Below, one piece after another: positions 37,706 through 47,454 of a stretch of DNA of 64,000 bases. Under the pieces are notes generated by a model that saw only the letters and a list, made by a program, of their open reading frames with translations, was not told the DNA's origin and searched no databases. The translations under genes and the position numbers were made by a program. Source of the stretch: Acidimicrobiia bacterium (GTDB lineage Bacteria; Actinomycetota; Acidimicrobiia; Spongiisociales; ZC4RG35). How positions within the stretch are numbered: the stretch's first letter is position 1; the number at the start of each line of letters is the position of its first letter. Location: NCBI GenBank assembly GCA_965214265.1, contig CBDCBK010000010.1, forward strand, positions 2,056,642 through 2,120,641, in the 5' to 3' direction.

Positions 37706-38583
37706 CGGCTCCTAGGATGGGATAGTAGGTAGACCTCCTGCAGATACCCTGGGGAAATACGGGTATAAACTTCAGTGGTGGAGAGGCTAGCGTGCCCGAG
37801 CATCTCCTGTACGGCCCGCAAATCCGCCCCACCCTCCACCATGTGGGTAGCCGCCGAATGCCGCAGAACGTGCGGTGAGACCCGGTCAGCTGCCAGCCCG
37901 GCCCGCATCGCCGCTTTCTTAACGACCCCCCAGGCGCCGTTTCTGCTGAGACGGGCGCCCCGCAGGTTCAGAAAAACCGCGTCGGTTCGTCCCCTCGCCA
38001 ACTCCAGGCGGTCCGAAAGCCAGCTTTGCACCGCTAAACGGGCGGCCTCGCCCAACAACGTGATCCGCTGCCGGGACCCCTTGCCGGTAACAAGGGCGGT
38101 CCCCTCCTCGATGTCGAGCCGGCCGAGATCGAGGCCGACCGCTTCGCTCACCCTACAGCCGGTGCTGTACAGAAACTCCAAGAGGGCCGCGTCTCGGCGT
38201 CCCGCCACCGTGGCTGTCACCGTGGTCTCCAACAGGGCGAAGACCTCCTCGGTGGTCAACGCCTTGGGAAGACGCTCCCGCCGCTTGGGCGCCACAATCC
38301 CGATGCTCGGATCACCCAGAGCGTCTTCCTCCTCGCACAAAAAGCGGTGATAGCCCTTCACCGCCGCCAGCTTGCGGGCCACCGATTCCGGAGAGAGGCC
38401 CAGTTCCGCCAGCCACTCCAAAAAGGCGCCCACCGCGGCGGCGCCCACCGGATCCTCCCCCACGAACTGCAGATACTGGCGGAGGTCCCTCCGATATGCC
38501 GCGATAGTGTTATCCGCCAGCCCCCGCTCGAAAGCTAGGGAGGCCAGGTAGTTTTCCAGAACAGCGTGGGGGTCTGCGTCCAT
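37702..38583 (-). CDS. xerD: Tyrosine recombinase XerD
   Basis: ERGLADNTIAAYRRDL, TGCRVSE, GKG, PHVLRHSAATH, LGHASLSTTEVY; canonical pyrG-nudix-xerD order. Confidence 0.92.
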   Translation of the reverse strand: MDADPHAVLENYLASLAFERGLADNTIAAYRRDLRQYLQFVGEDPVGAAAVGAFLEWLAELGLSPESVARKLAAVKGYHRFLCEEEDALGDPSIGIVAPKRRERLPKALTTEEVFALLETTVTATVAGRRDAALLEFLYSTGCRVSEAVGLDLGRLDIEEGTALVTGKGSRQRITLLGEAARLAVQSWLSDRLELARGRTDAVFLNLRGARLSRNGAWGVVKKAAMRAGLAADRVSPHVLRHSAATHMVEGGADLRAVQEMLGHASLSTTEVYTRISPGYLQEVYLLSHPRSR

Positions 38584-38786
38584 CCGCCTGATTATTGGGG
38601 CCACAGAGCCCGGGATCGAGGATTAACAACCGAGACCACAACCTTTACAGGGTGCCGTCCGCCAAGACGTAAGCGGAAAAAGGGGAGATTCTGCTTGACT
38701 TGTTATGGCGGATGTACGTATGTTGATAACCCTCCTCCAGTTCTTGTCCTATGAGTTGGTCGGCGGGGAGGTTGGGGACTGGTCTC

Positions 38787-39335
38787 CTAACCGGTCGGGT
38801 CTGGTCCACTCCGGGCGACCCAGCGCAGCAGCGCTACCACTGTCTTGGCGTCGCGGATCTTTCCCGAGTCGATCATCTCCAAGGCATCGCTGGTCTTCAC
38901 TCGAACAACTTCGGCGTCTCGTTCCTCGGCGCCGTCCGGGCGTCTCTCGCCCTGGATCAGCCCCTCGGCCGCAAACAACCTGATTCGCTCGTCGGTGTAA
39001 CCCGGAGAGGGCAGGATCTCTCCCAGGTCAACCAGCCGCCCGGCCCGAATACCGGTCTCTTCCCAAAGCTCCCGGCGGGCCGTCTCGACCGGCGACAGCT
39101 CGTCCTCCTCGAGCTTGCCGGCCGGGATCTCCAGCACATCCTCTCCCACCGCCGCCCGGTACTGGCTGATCAGCGTCACCTCTTGTCCCCACACCGGCAG
39201 CACTCCCACCCCTCCCCGGTGGCGGATCACGTCCCGGACCACCGCGGTTCCCTCTCCGGTCAAAAGGTGCAGACGCTGGTAGTCGAGGATCCTCCCTCGA
39301 CCCACGGTGCGAACGCCGAGCAGCCGGAGGCTCAC
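38787..39335 (-). CDS. NUDIX hydrolase (ADP-ribose pyrophosphatase type)
   Basis: EIPAGKLE...ARRELWEETG Nudix box, SPGYTDE, IRDAKT. Confidence 0.92.
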   Translation of the reverse strand: MSLRLLGVRTVGRGRILDYQRLHLLTGEGTAVVRDVIRHRGGVGVLPVWGQEVTLISQYRAAVGEDVLEIPAGKLEEDELSPVETARRELWEETGIRAGRLVDLGEILPSPGYTDERIRLFAAEGLIQGERRPDGAEERDAEVVRVKTSDALEMIDSGKIRDAKTVVALLRWVARSGPDPTG

Positions 39336-40984
39336 CGGGTGCGGGGGGTCGCAACCTCCACTGCCGCAGCTGCGGATTCCCGCGGGCTGCGGCGGGCTGC
39401 GGCCTTCTCCATGAACCCCCTGAAGAGCGGATGAGGATAGTCGGGGCGGGACAGAAACTCCGGATGCGCCTGGGTACCGACAAAAAACGGATGCGTGGGA
39501 AGCTCGATGAACTCCACCAGTACCCCGTCGGGAGACACCCCCGACAACACCATCCCTCCCTCAACGAGTGCTTTTCGGAAGCGCGGGTTCACCTCCCAGC
39601 GATGCCGATGCCGCTCGTACACCAGGTCCGATTGATAGAGACGTTGCACCACCGATCCCCTCGTCAGGCTGGCCGGATAGAGACCCAGCCGCATGGTTCC
39701 GCCCTTATCCTCCACCCCTTCCTGGCTGGGCATCAGGTCGATCACAGGATGGGAAGTGTCGGCGTCGAACTCGGTGCTGTTGGCGCGGGACAGATTGAGC
39801 CGGTTGCGGGCGAATTCGATGACCGCGCACTGCAGACCCAGGCACAGGCCCAAGAAAGGAACCTCGGCCCGACGAGCGTAGGAGATCGCCGAGATCTTCC
39901 CTTCTATCCCCCTTCCCCCAAAACCTCCTGGCACCACAATCCCGTCCAGATCGCCCAACACTCCGGGAATCAGCATCCCGGTGAGGTTCTCGGAGAGAAT
40001 CCAGTCGATCTCGAGCCTTCGCCCTACCGCCGCCGCGGCATGGTAAAGCGCCTCCACCACCGAGGCGTAGGCGTCGGGGAAGTCCACGTATTTCCCAACC
40101 ATCCCCACTCTCACCGGATCCGTGGCGGAGTCCATGCGGTGCAGCATCTCCCGCCAGCGGTCCAGCGCCGGCGGCAGAGTGTGGAGGGAGAGACGCTCAC
40201 AGATCACCTCGTCGAGACCCTCTTCGTTCAGAAGGAGGGGCATCCGGTAGATGTTGTCGGTGTCCGCCGCACTGATCACCGCCTCGGGCGGCACATCGCA
40301 GAACAGGCTGATCTTCTGGCGGATGGCCTCGTCAATGTCCTGTTCGGAGCGGACCACAATCACATCCGGGGAGATCCCCTTGGAGCGGAGTTCGGCCACC
40401 GAATGCTGGGTGGGCTTGGTCTTCATCTCCTCGGAGGTCTTGAGGAAGGGCGCCAGCGTGACATGGATGTAGGCGATGTTCCGGTGGCCGATATCCTTCC
40501 CGAGTTGCCGGATGGCCTCGAGAAACGGCAGGCTCTCTATGTCTCCCACCGTGCCGCCCACCTCGGTGATCACCACATCGGCGTTGGACTCCTCGCCCAG
40601 CCGGCGGATACGTGCTTTGATCTCGTTGGTGATGTGGGGGATCACCTGCACCGTGTCGCCCAGGTAAGCGCCCCGGCGCTCCTTTTGGATGACCGCCAGG
40701 TAGACGGACCCGGCCGTTACGTTGGAGAGTTGGCGCAGATGCTCGCCGGTGAACCGCTCGTAGTGACCGAGGTCAAGATCTGTCTCCCCCCCGTCGTCGG
40801 TGACAAACACCTCCCCGTGCTGGAAGGGGTTCATGGTGCCCGGGTCGACATTGATATAGGGGTCGAGCTTTTGGATGACCACCTGCAGGCCCCGGCTCTT
40901 CAGCAGCCGTCCCAGGGAAGCGGCGGTAATTCCCTTACCGAGGCTAGAGACCACCCCGCCGGTGATGAACACGTATCGGGTCAT
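39332..40984 (-). CDS. pyrG: CTP synthase
   Basis: TGGVVSSLGKG, DPGTMNPFQHGE, GLCLG, ERHRHR, QAHPEF. Confidence 0.98.
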   Translation of the reverse strand: MTRYVFITGGVVSSLGKGITAASLGRLLKSRGLQVVIQKLDPYINVDPGTMNPFQHGEVFVTDDGGETDLDLGHYERFTGEHLRQLSNVTAGSVYLAVIQKERRGAYLGDTVQVIPHITNEIKARIRRLGEESNADVVITEVGGTVGDIESLPFLEAIRQLGKDIGHRNIAYIHVTLAPFLKTSEEMKTKPTQHSVAELRSKGISPDVIVVRSEQDIDEAIRQKISLFCDVPPEAVISAADTDNIYRMPLLLNEEGLDEVICERLSLHTLPPALDRWREMLHRMDSATDPVRVGMVGKYVDFPDAYASVVEALYHAAAAVGRRLEIDWILSENLTGMLIPGVLGDLDGIVVPGGFGGRGIEGKISAISYARRAEVPFLGLCLGLQCAVIEFARNRLNLSRANSTEFDADTSHPVIDLMPSQEGVEDKGGTMRLGLYPASLTRGSVVQRLYQSDLVYERHRHRWEVNPRFRKALVEGGMVLSGVSPDGVLVEFIELPTHPFFVGTQAHPEFLSRPDYPHPLFRGFMEKAAARRSPRESAAAAVEVATPRTR

Positions 40985-41030
40985 GTTCCGGGCGCAAACT
41001 TTCGCGGCACGGAAGGCAAAGATACCACAT

Positions 41031-42650
41031 TCAGTTGATTTTCTTGCCTTTTCCCTCCCAAAGGGCCTTCCTCAGCACGTATTTCTGGACCTTTCCGGTG
41101 GAGGTCTTGGGTAGCGCCTCCATGAATTCCACCTCATCGGGCGCCTTGAAGTGGGCAAGACAGTCACGAACATGGGCGATGATCTCCCCCGGCTCGGCGC
41201 TTTGGCCTTCTTTCAACACCACATAAGCCTTGGGACGCTCTCCCCAGTACTCATGGGGCATACCCACCACCGCTCCTTCCAGCACCGCCGGGTGGCTGAC
41301 CACCGCCTGCTCGACTTCGATGGTGGAGATGTTTTCGCCGCCGGAGATGATGATGTCCTTGGCCCGGTCCCGAAGCTCTATGTACCCGTCGGGATGCCAA
41401 ACCGCAAGGTCACCGGAGTGAAACCATCCGCCCCGGAAGGCTTCTTCGGTGGCAGCGGGATTGTCGAAATAGCCCGACATGACGATATTGCCCCGCATGA
41501 CCACCTCTCCCATGGTCTCCCCGTTGCAGGGAACGTCGTTCATGTGGGCGTCCACCACCCGGATCGGGTCGGCGCCCACCATCGCCACTCCCTGGCGGGC
41601 CATGAGCCGCGCTCGTTCCTCCGAACATCTGGCCGCCCAGTCTTTTTGGGCTTCACTGACCGTGTAAGGGCCGTAGGTCTCAGTCAGCCCATAGACATGC
41701 ACAACCTTGGCCCCCAGTTCCTCCATCTGTCCGATGATGGTGGGACTGGGCGGAGCGCCGGCGGTAGTCACCGTCAGCGGAGCGTCCAGGCGACGGGCGT
41801 CGGGATGGTTGGCCATCCCCACCAATACGGTGGGTGCCCCGTTGAGATGGCTGATTCCCTCGCTTTGGATCAGGCTCCAGATGCGGTCGGGTCGTACCGC
41901 CCGCAGACAGACATGGCGTCCGCCCACCCCGGTCACCGCCCAGGTGGTGCACCAGCCGTTGCAATGAAACATGGGCAGGGTCCACAAATACACCGAGTCG
42001 CGGTCGAATCCGGAATGAACCACTTCGCACATGGCGTTGAGGTAGGCGCCGCGATGGGTGTACATGACTCCCTTGGGACGGCCGGTCGTTCCTGAGGTGT
42101 AGTTGATGGAGATGGTCCGGAACTCATCATCGGTCCGCCACGGTAGGGGATCGTCGCTGCCTCGCTCCAGGTACTCCTGATAGGGAATGGAATCGACTTG
42201 CGAAGGGATGCCCATTTCATCGATGGTGATTACTTCCTCCAGGTCCGGGCAGTCCACCAACCGCGGCGCGGCGGTGGAGAGCAGTTCGGTGTCCACCACC
42301 AACGTCTTGGCACCGGAGTGAGACAGGATGTAGGCGATCTCCGCACCGGAGAGGCGGGTGTTGATCGCCACCAGTACTGCCTTTGCCAACGGCACCCCGA
42401 AGTGGGCGATGAGCATCTCGGGGATATTGGGACACAGGTAGGCCACCCGGTCTCCCGGGCCAATCCCCGACGCCTGAAGCGCCCGGGCCAGCCGGGTGGC
42501 ATGGTCGGCCATCTCCTGATAGGAAATCCGGTTTGGTCCATGAACGATGGCGGTCTTGTCACCGAATACTTGGGCGGAGCGCTCCAGATAGAGAAGAGGA
42601 GTGAGAAGGGTCTCGTCGACCCGTCGTGGGTTGGTCAAGTGCCGCTCCAC
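41031..42650 (-). CDS. Acyl-CoA synthetase (AMP-forming)
   Basis: YTSGTTGRPKG, PMFHCNGW, YGLTETYGP, DRAKDIIISGGENIS, PKTSTGK. Confidence 0.94.
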   Translation of the reverse strand: MERHLTNPRRVDETLLTPLLYLERSAQVFGDKTAIVHGPNRISYQEMADHATRLARALQASGIGPGDRVAYLCPNIPEMLIAHFGVPLAKAVLVAINTRLSGAEIAYILSHSGAKTLVVDTELLSTAAPRLVDCPDLEEVITIDEMGIPSQVDSIPYQEYLERGSDDPLPWRTDDEFRTISINYTSGTTGRPKGVMYTHRGAYLNAMCEVVHSGFDRDSVYLWTLPMFHCNGWCTTWAVTGVGGRHVCLRAVRPDRIWSLIQSEGISHLNGAPTVLVGMANHPDARRLDAPLTVTTAGAPPSPTIIGQMEELGAKVVHVYGLTETYGPYTVSEAQKDWAARCSEERARLMARQGVAMVGADPIRVVDAHMNDVPCNGETMGEVVMRGNIVMSGYFDNPAATEEAFRGGWFHSGDLAVWHPDGYIELRDRAKDIIISGGENISTIEVEQAVVSHPAVLEGAVVGMPHEYWGERPKAYVVLKEGQSAEPGEIIAHVRDCLAHFKAPDEVEFMEALPKTSTGKVQKYVLRKALWEGKGKKIN

Positions 42651-43399
42651 ACCGGTGGGCGCTTCTCGATGAACGCCCCCATCCCCTCCTGGGCGTCGTT
42701 CATCGCCGCATTGGTCACCATCACCGCCTTGGTATGCTCATAGGCGTCATCTTCTACCATCTCCACCTGCTGGTAGAAGGCGGCTTTGCCCAGCGCCACC
42801 ACCGCCGGGCTCGACTTGGTGATCCGTCCGAGAAGTGCGTCAAGAGTGTCGTCCAGTTCGGCCGGGCTCACCACCCGGTTTACCAGGCCCCACTCCCGGG
42901 CGGTCACGGCATCGATCAGATCGCCGGTGAGCAGCATCTCCAAGGCCCGCTTTCGTCCCACCGCCCGACTGAGGGGAACCATGGGCGTGGAGCAGAACAG
43001 TCCGATCTTCACTCCCGGGGTGGCGAAGGTGGCCGTGTCCACCGCCACCGCCAAGTCACAGGAAGCAACCAGTTGGCATCCGGCGGCATAAGCCGGGCCG
43101 TGCACCCGGGCCACCACCGGCTGGGGAATGCGATGGATGGTGAGCATCATCTCGGTGCAGACGTCGAACAGTTCCTCAACGAAACCGGGCGCCGGATCGA
43201 TCATTTCTTTCAAGTCGTGTCCAGCCGAGAAAACCGGTCCCTCAGCGGCGATCACCACCGCCTGGCAATCGGAGTCAACGCCGTTCAGCGCCTCTATCAC
43301 CTGCCGCATGGTCTCCATACCCAATGGATTGCGGCGACGGGGGTTATTGAGAATGATCCGGGTAACCGGCGGGTCGTTTTTAACTAACACATAGCTCAT
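42635..43399 (-). CDS. Enoyl-CoA hydratase family protein (ECHDC3-like)
   Basis: FSAGHDLKE, AAGCQLVASCD, FATPGVKIGLFCSTP; start ATG 43399. Confidence 0.92.
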   Translation of the reverse strand: MSYVLVKNDPPVTRIILNNPRRRNPLGMETMRQVIEALNGVDSDCQAVVIAAEGPVFSAGHDLKEMIDPAPGFVEELFDVCTEMMLTIHRIPQPVVARVHGPAYAAGCQLVASCDLAVAVDTATFATPGVKIGLFCSTPMVPLSRAVGRKRALEMLLTGDLIDAVTAREWGLVNRVVSPAELDDTLDALLGRITKSSPAVVALGKAAFYQQVEMVEDDAYEHTKAVMVTNAAMNDAQEGMGAFIEKRPPVWSGT

Positions 43400-43506
43400 A
43401 CGCCTCCAGAATAAACCATTCCCCTCTAAGACACGCCACCGTCGGCCATCATCTCTCCTTGTCCAATCGCCATGGTCAGTTCTGAGCCGAATGGCAGAGG
43501 GAGGGG

Positions 43507-45813
43507 GTGGCACAGTCCCCGCTCTGGTACTTTGAGATGCAGGTGACCAAAGTGATGAGGATCTTCATAAGTCTCTTCCCCTTCGGATGGGGAAGGGCCC
43601 GCCGCCGGGTTGGCTTGCTTCTCATGGTGGTGGTGACCACCGCCGCGCAGACGTTGGTGCCCCTCCCTCCGGTCGGCGCCGCCAACGGGGAGCAGTTCTC
43701 AGACATCGAAGAGGCAGGATCTCACCAACCGGCTGTGGAGAGACTCGCAGAACAAGGCGTCCTGAAGGGAACCGAATGCGCACCCGGAAAGTTCTGCCCC
43801 ACAGAACCTATCCAACGGTGGGTAATGGCAGTCTGGCTGATCCGCGTTCTAGACGACACCGAACCGGCCGACGTGGAAACCACCCGATTCACAGACGTAG
43901 AAGCCGACCAGTGGTGGATGCCTTATGTCGAACGGCTGGCCGACCTGGGAATCACCAAAGGATGCTCCACCGAACCCGCCCGCTACTGCCCCACCGAACC
44001 GGTCACCCGCGCCCAGATGACGTCGGTCTTAGTGCGCGCCTTCCAGCTTCCCGCAGGATCATCCAACCGATTCACCGATACCGGAGACAGCACCCACCAA
44101 AGAGACATCGACGCTTTGGCTTCTTCGGGAATCACTATCGGATGCGCCACCGACCCGGCCCGCTACTGCCCTTCACAAGACACCACCCGCGCCGAAATGG
44201 CAACCTTCCTCACCCGCGCCCTCGACTACGAACCTTCGCCGATTGCCGAGGGCAGCTTCATCTCCTTAACCGCCGGTTCATTCCATACCTGCGGCCTACT
44301 AATCGACGGCACCATCGACTGCTGGGGCAACGACTTTGACAACCAAGCCGAGCCGCCACCTGGGGAGTTCACTTCTATCGCTTCCGGAGACTATCACTCT
44401 TGCGGTATCCGCACCGACCACACCATCACCTGCTGGGGAAACAACACATACGGTCAGACCACCACACCACAGGGAGAGTTCGCCGCCTTGGCAGCCGGTT
44501 GGTTTTCTTCGTGCGGCATCCAGGCCGATCGCACCGTCAACTGTTGGGGTAACAATACGCACGGTCAGACCAAAACCCCGAGCGGAGCGTTCACCGCTTT
44601 AGCAGTTGGAAGCACCCATGCGTGCGGTATCCGCACCGACCACACCATCACCTGCTGGGGAAACAACACATACGGTCAGGCAATCTCACCACAGGGAGAG
44701 TTCACCGCGGTGGCAGCCGGAGCAGTGCATAGCTGCGGCATCCGCACTGACCTCACCCTCGCTTGCTGGGGAAGTACGCAACATGGCCGGGCGGACCCAC
44801 CGGCTGGGGAGTTCACCGCCATCGCTACCGGTACCGACCACTCTTGCGGCCTCCGCACCGACCGGACTATCACCTGCTGGGGAAACAATGACGAGAGCCA
44901 GGCCGACCCACCAGACGGGGCGTTTACCGCCATCACCGCCGGCTGGGATTACACCTGCGCACTGGGCCTCAACCGCACAGTCACCTGCTGGGGCCAGAAC
45001 ATCTCCGCGGGAGGCATTCCTCCGGACGGGAAGTTCATCACCGTTGAGGCCGGTTGGTATTACACCTGCGCACTGGCCACCGACAGCACCATCGACTGCT
45101 GGGGACACCCCTCTGGTGACAGCCTGCCAAGCGGGGAGTTCGGTTCCATGGCCCTCGGCGGGCAGCACTCATGCGTGGTGGGCAACGATCTCACCGTCAC
45201 CTGCTGGGGCAGAAACGAACACGGCCAAGCCGACCCACCAGACGAAACCTTCATTGCCCTCGCTGCCGGTGACACCCATACATGTGGACTGCACCCCGAC
45301 CGGACAATCACCTGCTGGGGCACGAACCATCGCGGCCAGGCGGACCCACCGGAAGGAGAATTCGTCACCATCGCGGCGGGTTGGAACTTCTCTTGTGCAA
45401 TTCGCAACGATCTCACCATCCACTGCTGGGGCTTGAACAGAAATGGTCAAACCGACTCGCCGCACGGCGAGTTCATCGCCATCTCCACAGGCGGGTATCA
45501 CTCCTGCGGGATACGCACCGACAACACCATCGGCTGTTGGGGTGGAAACTGGCCAGGCCTCCTCGATTCACCGGAAGGGACATTCCTCGCGATTTCCGCG
45601 GGCGGGAGCCACTCTTGCGGGATACGCACTGACAGCACCATCCACTGCTGGGGCTATGACTCGGTTGGACAGGCCAGCCCACCGGACGGAAAGTTCGTGG
45701 CGGTGACCACCGGATGGCAACACTCCTGTGGAGTGCGTAACGACTTGTCCATCATCTGCTGGGGCCATGCGCGAATAATCCCCCCGCCCGACGGCGTGGG
45801 ATACACCCCATGA
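43507..45813 (+). CDS. Secreted S-layer homology (SLH) domain protein with 14 RCC1/BLIP-II-like repeats
   Basis: Signal-like hydrophobic N-terminus; three SLH-like units (F.D...GIT.G...TRA.M); 14 repeats of about 37 aa with C-x9-CWG. Start may be 43537 or 43555. Confidence 0.88.
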   Translation: MAQSPLWYFEMQVTKVMRIFISLFPFGWGRARRRVGLLLMVVVTTAAQTLVPLPPVGAANGEQFSDIEEAGSHQPAVERLAEQGVLKGTECAPGKFCPTEPIQRWVMAVWLIRVLDDTEPADVETTRFTDVEADQWWMPYVERLADLGITKGCSTEPARYCPTEPVTRAQMTSVLVRAFQLPAGSSNRFTDTGDSTHQRDIDALASSGITIGCATDPARYCPSQDTTRAEMATFLTRALDYEPSPIAEGSFISLTAGSFHTCGLLIDGTIDCWGNDFDNQAEPPPGEFTSIASGDYHSCGIRTDHTITCWGNNTYGQTTTPQGEFAALAAGWFSSCGIQADRTVNCWGNNTHGQTKTPSGAFTALAVGSTHACGIRTDHTITCWGNNTYGQAISPQGEFTAVAAGAVHSCGIRTDLTLACWGSTQHGRADPPAGEFTAIATGTDHSCGLRTDRTITCWGNNDESQADPPDGAFTAITAGWDYTCALGLNRTVTCWGQNISAGGIPPDGKFITVEAGWYYTCALATDSTIDCWGHPSGDSLPSGEFGSMALGGQHSCVVGNDLTVTCWGRNEHGQADPPDETFIALAAGDTHTCGLHPDRTITCWGTNHRGQADPPEGEFVTIAAGWNFSCAIRNDLTIHCWGLNRNGQTDSPHGEFIAISTGGYHSCGIRTDNTIGCWGGNWPGLLDSPEGTFLAISAGGSHSCGIRTDSTIHCWGYDSVGQASPPDGKFVAVTTGWQHSCGVRNDLSIICWGHARIIPPPDGVGYTP
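44401..44679 (+). repeat. Exact 57-bp intragenic direct repeat (44401-44457 and 44623-44679)
   Basis: TGCGGTATCCGCACCGACCACACCATCACCTGCTGGGGAAACAACACATACGGTCAG occurs twice, 222 bp apart (two 111-bp units). Confidence 0.9.
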
Positions 45814-45854
45814 TGCGCGGGAGACCCGGCGAAAGGGAACAAGACCTGGATTTA

Positions 45855-47450
45855 CTATCTTGACGCGGCGGTCCCCAGTAGTTCCCGGGCGGCGCTACGT
45901 CCCGACACGCTGTCGGGATCGCCCGACATCATCCGGGTCAATTCCGCCACCCGCCCCTCTCCGCTCACCAACCTCACAGATGCGGAGGCTCCCCGGCGTT
46001 CGATCACCCAGTGCTGATCAGCGAAAGCTGCCACGGAAGCCAGGTGGGTGACGCACAGCACCTGCGCTCCCTCGGAAACCGCGGCCAGTTTGCGGCCCAG
46101 GGACAATGCCACCGCGCCCCCCAACCCGGCGTCCACCTCGTCGAAGACCATCGTGGAAGCAGCCCCGCTTCCCGCCGCCAGCCGCAGAGCCAGCACCAGT
46201 CTGCTTAACTCTCCTCCCGAGGCGACCCGCCCCACCTCTCCGGGCGCCAGCCGCTCGTCGGAGGAGAACAGCAACCGAACCCGGTCACATCCGTGCGAAC
46301 TCGCCGGACCTCCCGAAACCTCAAAGCGCAGGACCGGTCGACCAAAGCCCAACTCCCGAAGATGCTGCAGGGCGGTCCCGGCCAGATCACGAGCCGCTCG
46401 CCCTCGTGCCTCCGACAACGCTTCTCCCCATCGAAGGACCTCTCGTTCAGCGTCGGCCAGATCCGATTCCAAGTCGTCGGCGGTCACCAGCAACTCCCGG
46501 ATCTCATCCCGGCGCCGAGCTGCTAAAACGCCGAATTCCAGCACCTCCGACAGGTTGGATCCGTACTTGCGGCGCAGATTGCCCAGCAGGGCCAAGCGCT
46601 GCTCCAACTCCTCCAACGTGCCAAAATCGGAATCCAGATTCTCTCCGGCGCCCTCCAACTTGTAGGCCGCCTCTTCCATGAGTTGCTCAACAGAATCGAC
46701 CACCGACATGAGCGCATCCAGCCCCGGATCGATGGACAGGGCGGCGTTCAACTCACCCGAGGTCCCAGACCAGGCCTCTTGAGCCGCCGCCAACCCCTCC
46801 CCCGCTCTGCTCAGGTGGACTCGGAGCGCCTCCCGGTTACGAAGACGGCGGGCCTCAGTCATAAGTCTCTCGTCCTCTCCCGGAGAAAATGCCGCACTTT
46901 CAATCTCCCGGGCCTGGAAAGAAACCATGTCCAGTTCTCGCTCCAAAGCCGCCCTGCCTCCGCCCAAAGCCGAACGAACCCCTTCCAGCCGATGTTTTTC
47001 CTCCCAGCTCTTCCGATAGGAGGCGAAGGTCTGTCTGCCGCCGTCGTCCAAGGTTGCGTCCAACAGCTCCCGCACCCGACCGGACCGGCGCAGGCGAAGA
47101 TGCTCCTGCTGACCGATGATCTCCACCAAGCCTCCCACCGCCTGGGAAAGCGAGGCCACAGACGCCACCATCCCGTCCAGATACCCCCGGCTTCTCCCCT
47201 GCTTGGGCACCCGACGGGTGACAGCCACTTCTTTCCGATCCACAATCCACCGGCCTCCCACCATCGCCTCCCCTCCGAACGGTCCCACCGCTCGGGGGTC
47301 GGCGGTTCCTCCGATCATCAGCCGGAGCGCCCCCATGAGCAGAGTCTTGCCCGTACCGGTCTCCCCGGTAATCACCACCAGCCCGTCGCACGGCCGGAAT
47401 TCCGCATCCTCGATCACCCCCAGGTTTTTGACGATCAGTTCGTCGAGCAT
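45855..47450 (-). CDS. recN: DNA repair protein RecN
   Basis: TGETGTGK Walker A, coiled coil, ASGGELSR signature, FDEVDAG, VTHL. Confidence 0.95.
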   Translation of the reverse strand: MLDELIVKNLGVIEDAEFRPCDGLVVITGETGTGKTLLMGALRLMIGGTADPRAVGPFGGEAMVGGRWIVDRKEVAVTRRVPKQGRSRGYLDGMVASVASLSQAVGGLVEIIGQQEHLRLRRSGRVRELLDATLDDGGRQTFASYRKSWEEKHRLEGVRSALGGGRAALERELDMVSFQAREIESAAFSPGEDERLMTEARRLRNREALRVHLSRAGEGLAAAQEAWSGTSGELNAALSIDPGLDALMSVVDSVEQLMEEAAYKLEGAGENLDSDFGTLEELEQRLALLGNLRRKYGSNLSEVLEFGVLAARRRDEIRELLVTADDLESDLADAEREVLRWGEALSEARGRAARDLAGTALQHLRELGFGRPVLRFEVSGGPASSHGCDRVRLLFSSDERLAPGEVGRVASGGELSRLVLALRLAAGSGAASTMVFDEVDAGLGGAVALSLGRKLAAVSEGAQVLCVTHLASVAAFADQHWVIERRGASASVRLVSGEGRVAELTRMMSGDPDSVSGRSAARELLGTAASR

Positions 47451-47454
47451 CGAC

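Noticed and set aside
37702-38583. Tyrosine recombinase as a prophage or island integrase
   Set aside because: Sits in the canonical pyrG-nudix-xerD-scpAB context; no phage genes or att-like repeats seen.
44250-45770. 111-bp periodic repeats as a CRISPR array or DGR template/variable repeats
   Set aside because: The repeats are in-frame protein repeats without unique spacers; no cas or reverse transcriptase gene is in the window, and differences are not adenine-specific.
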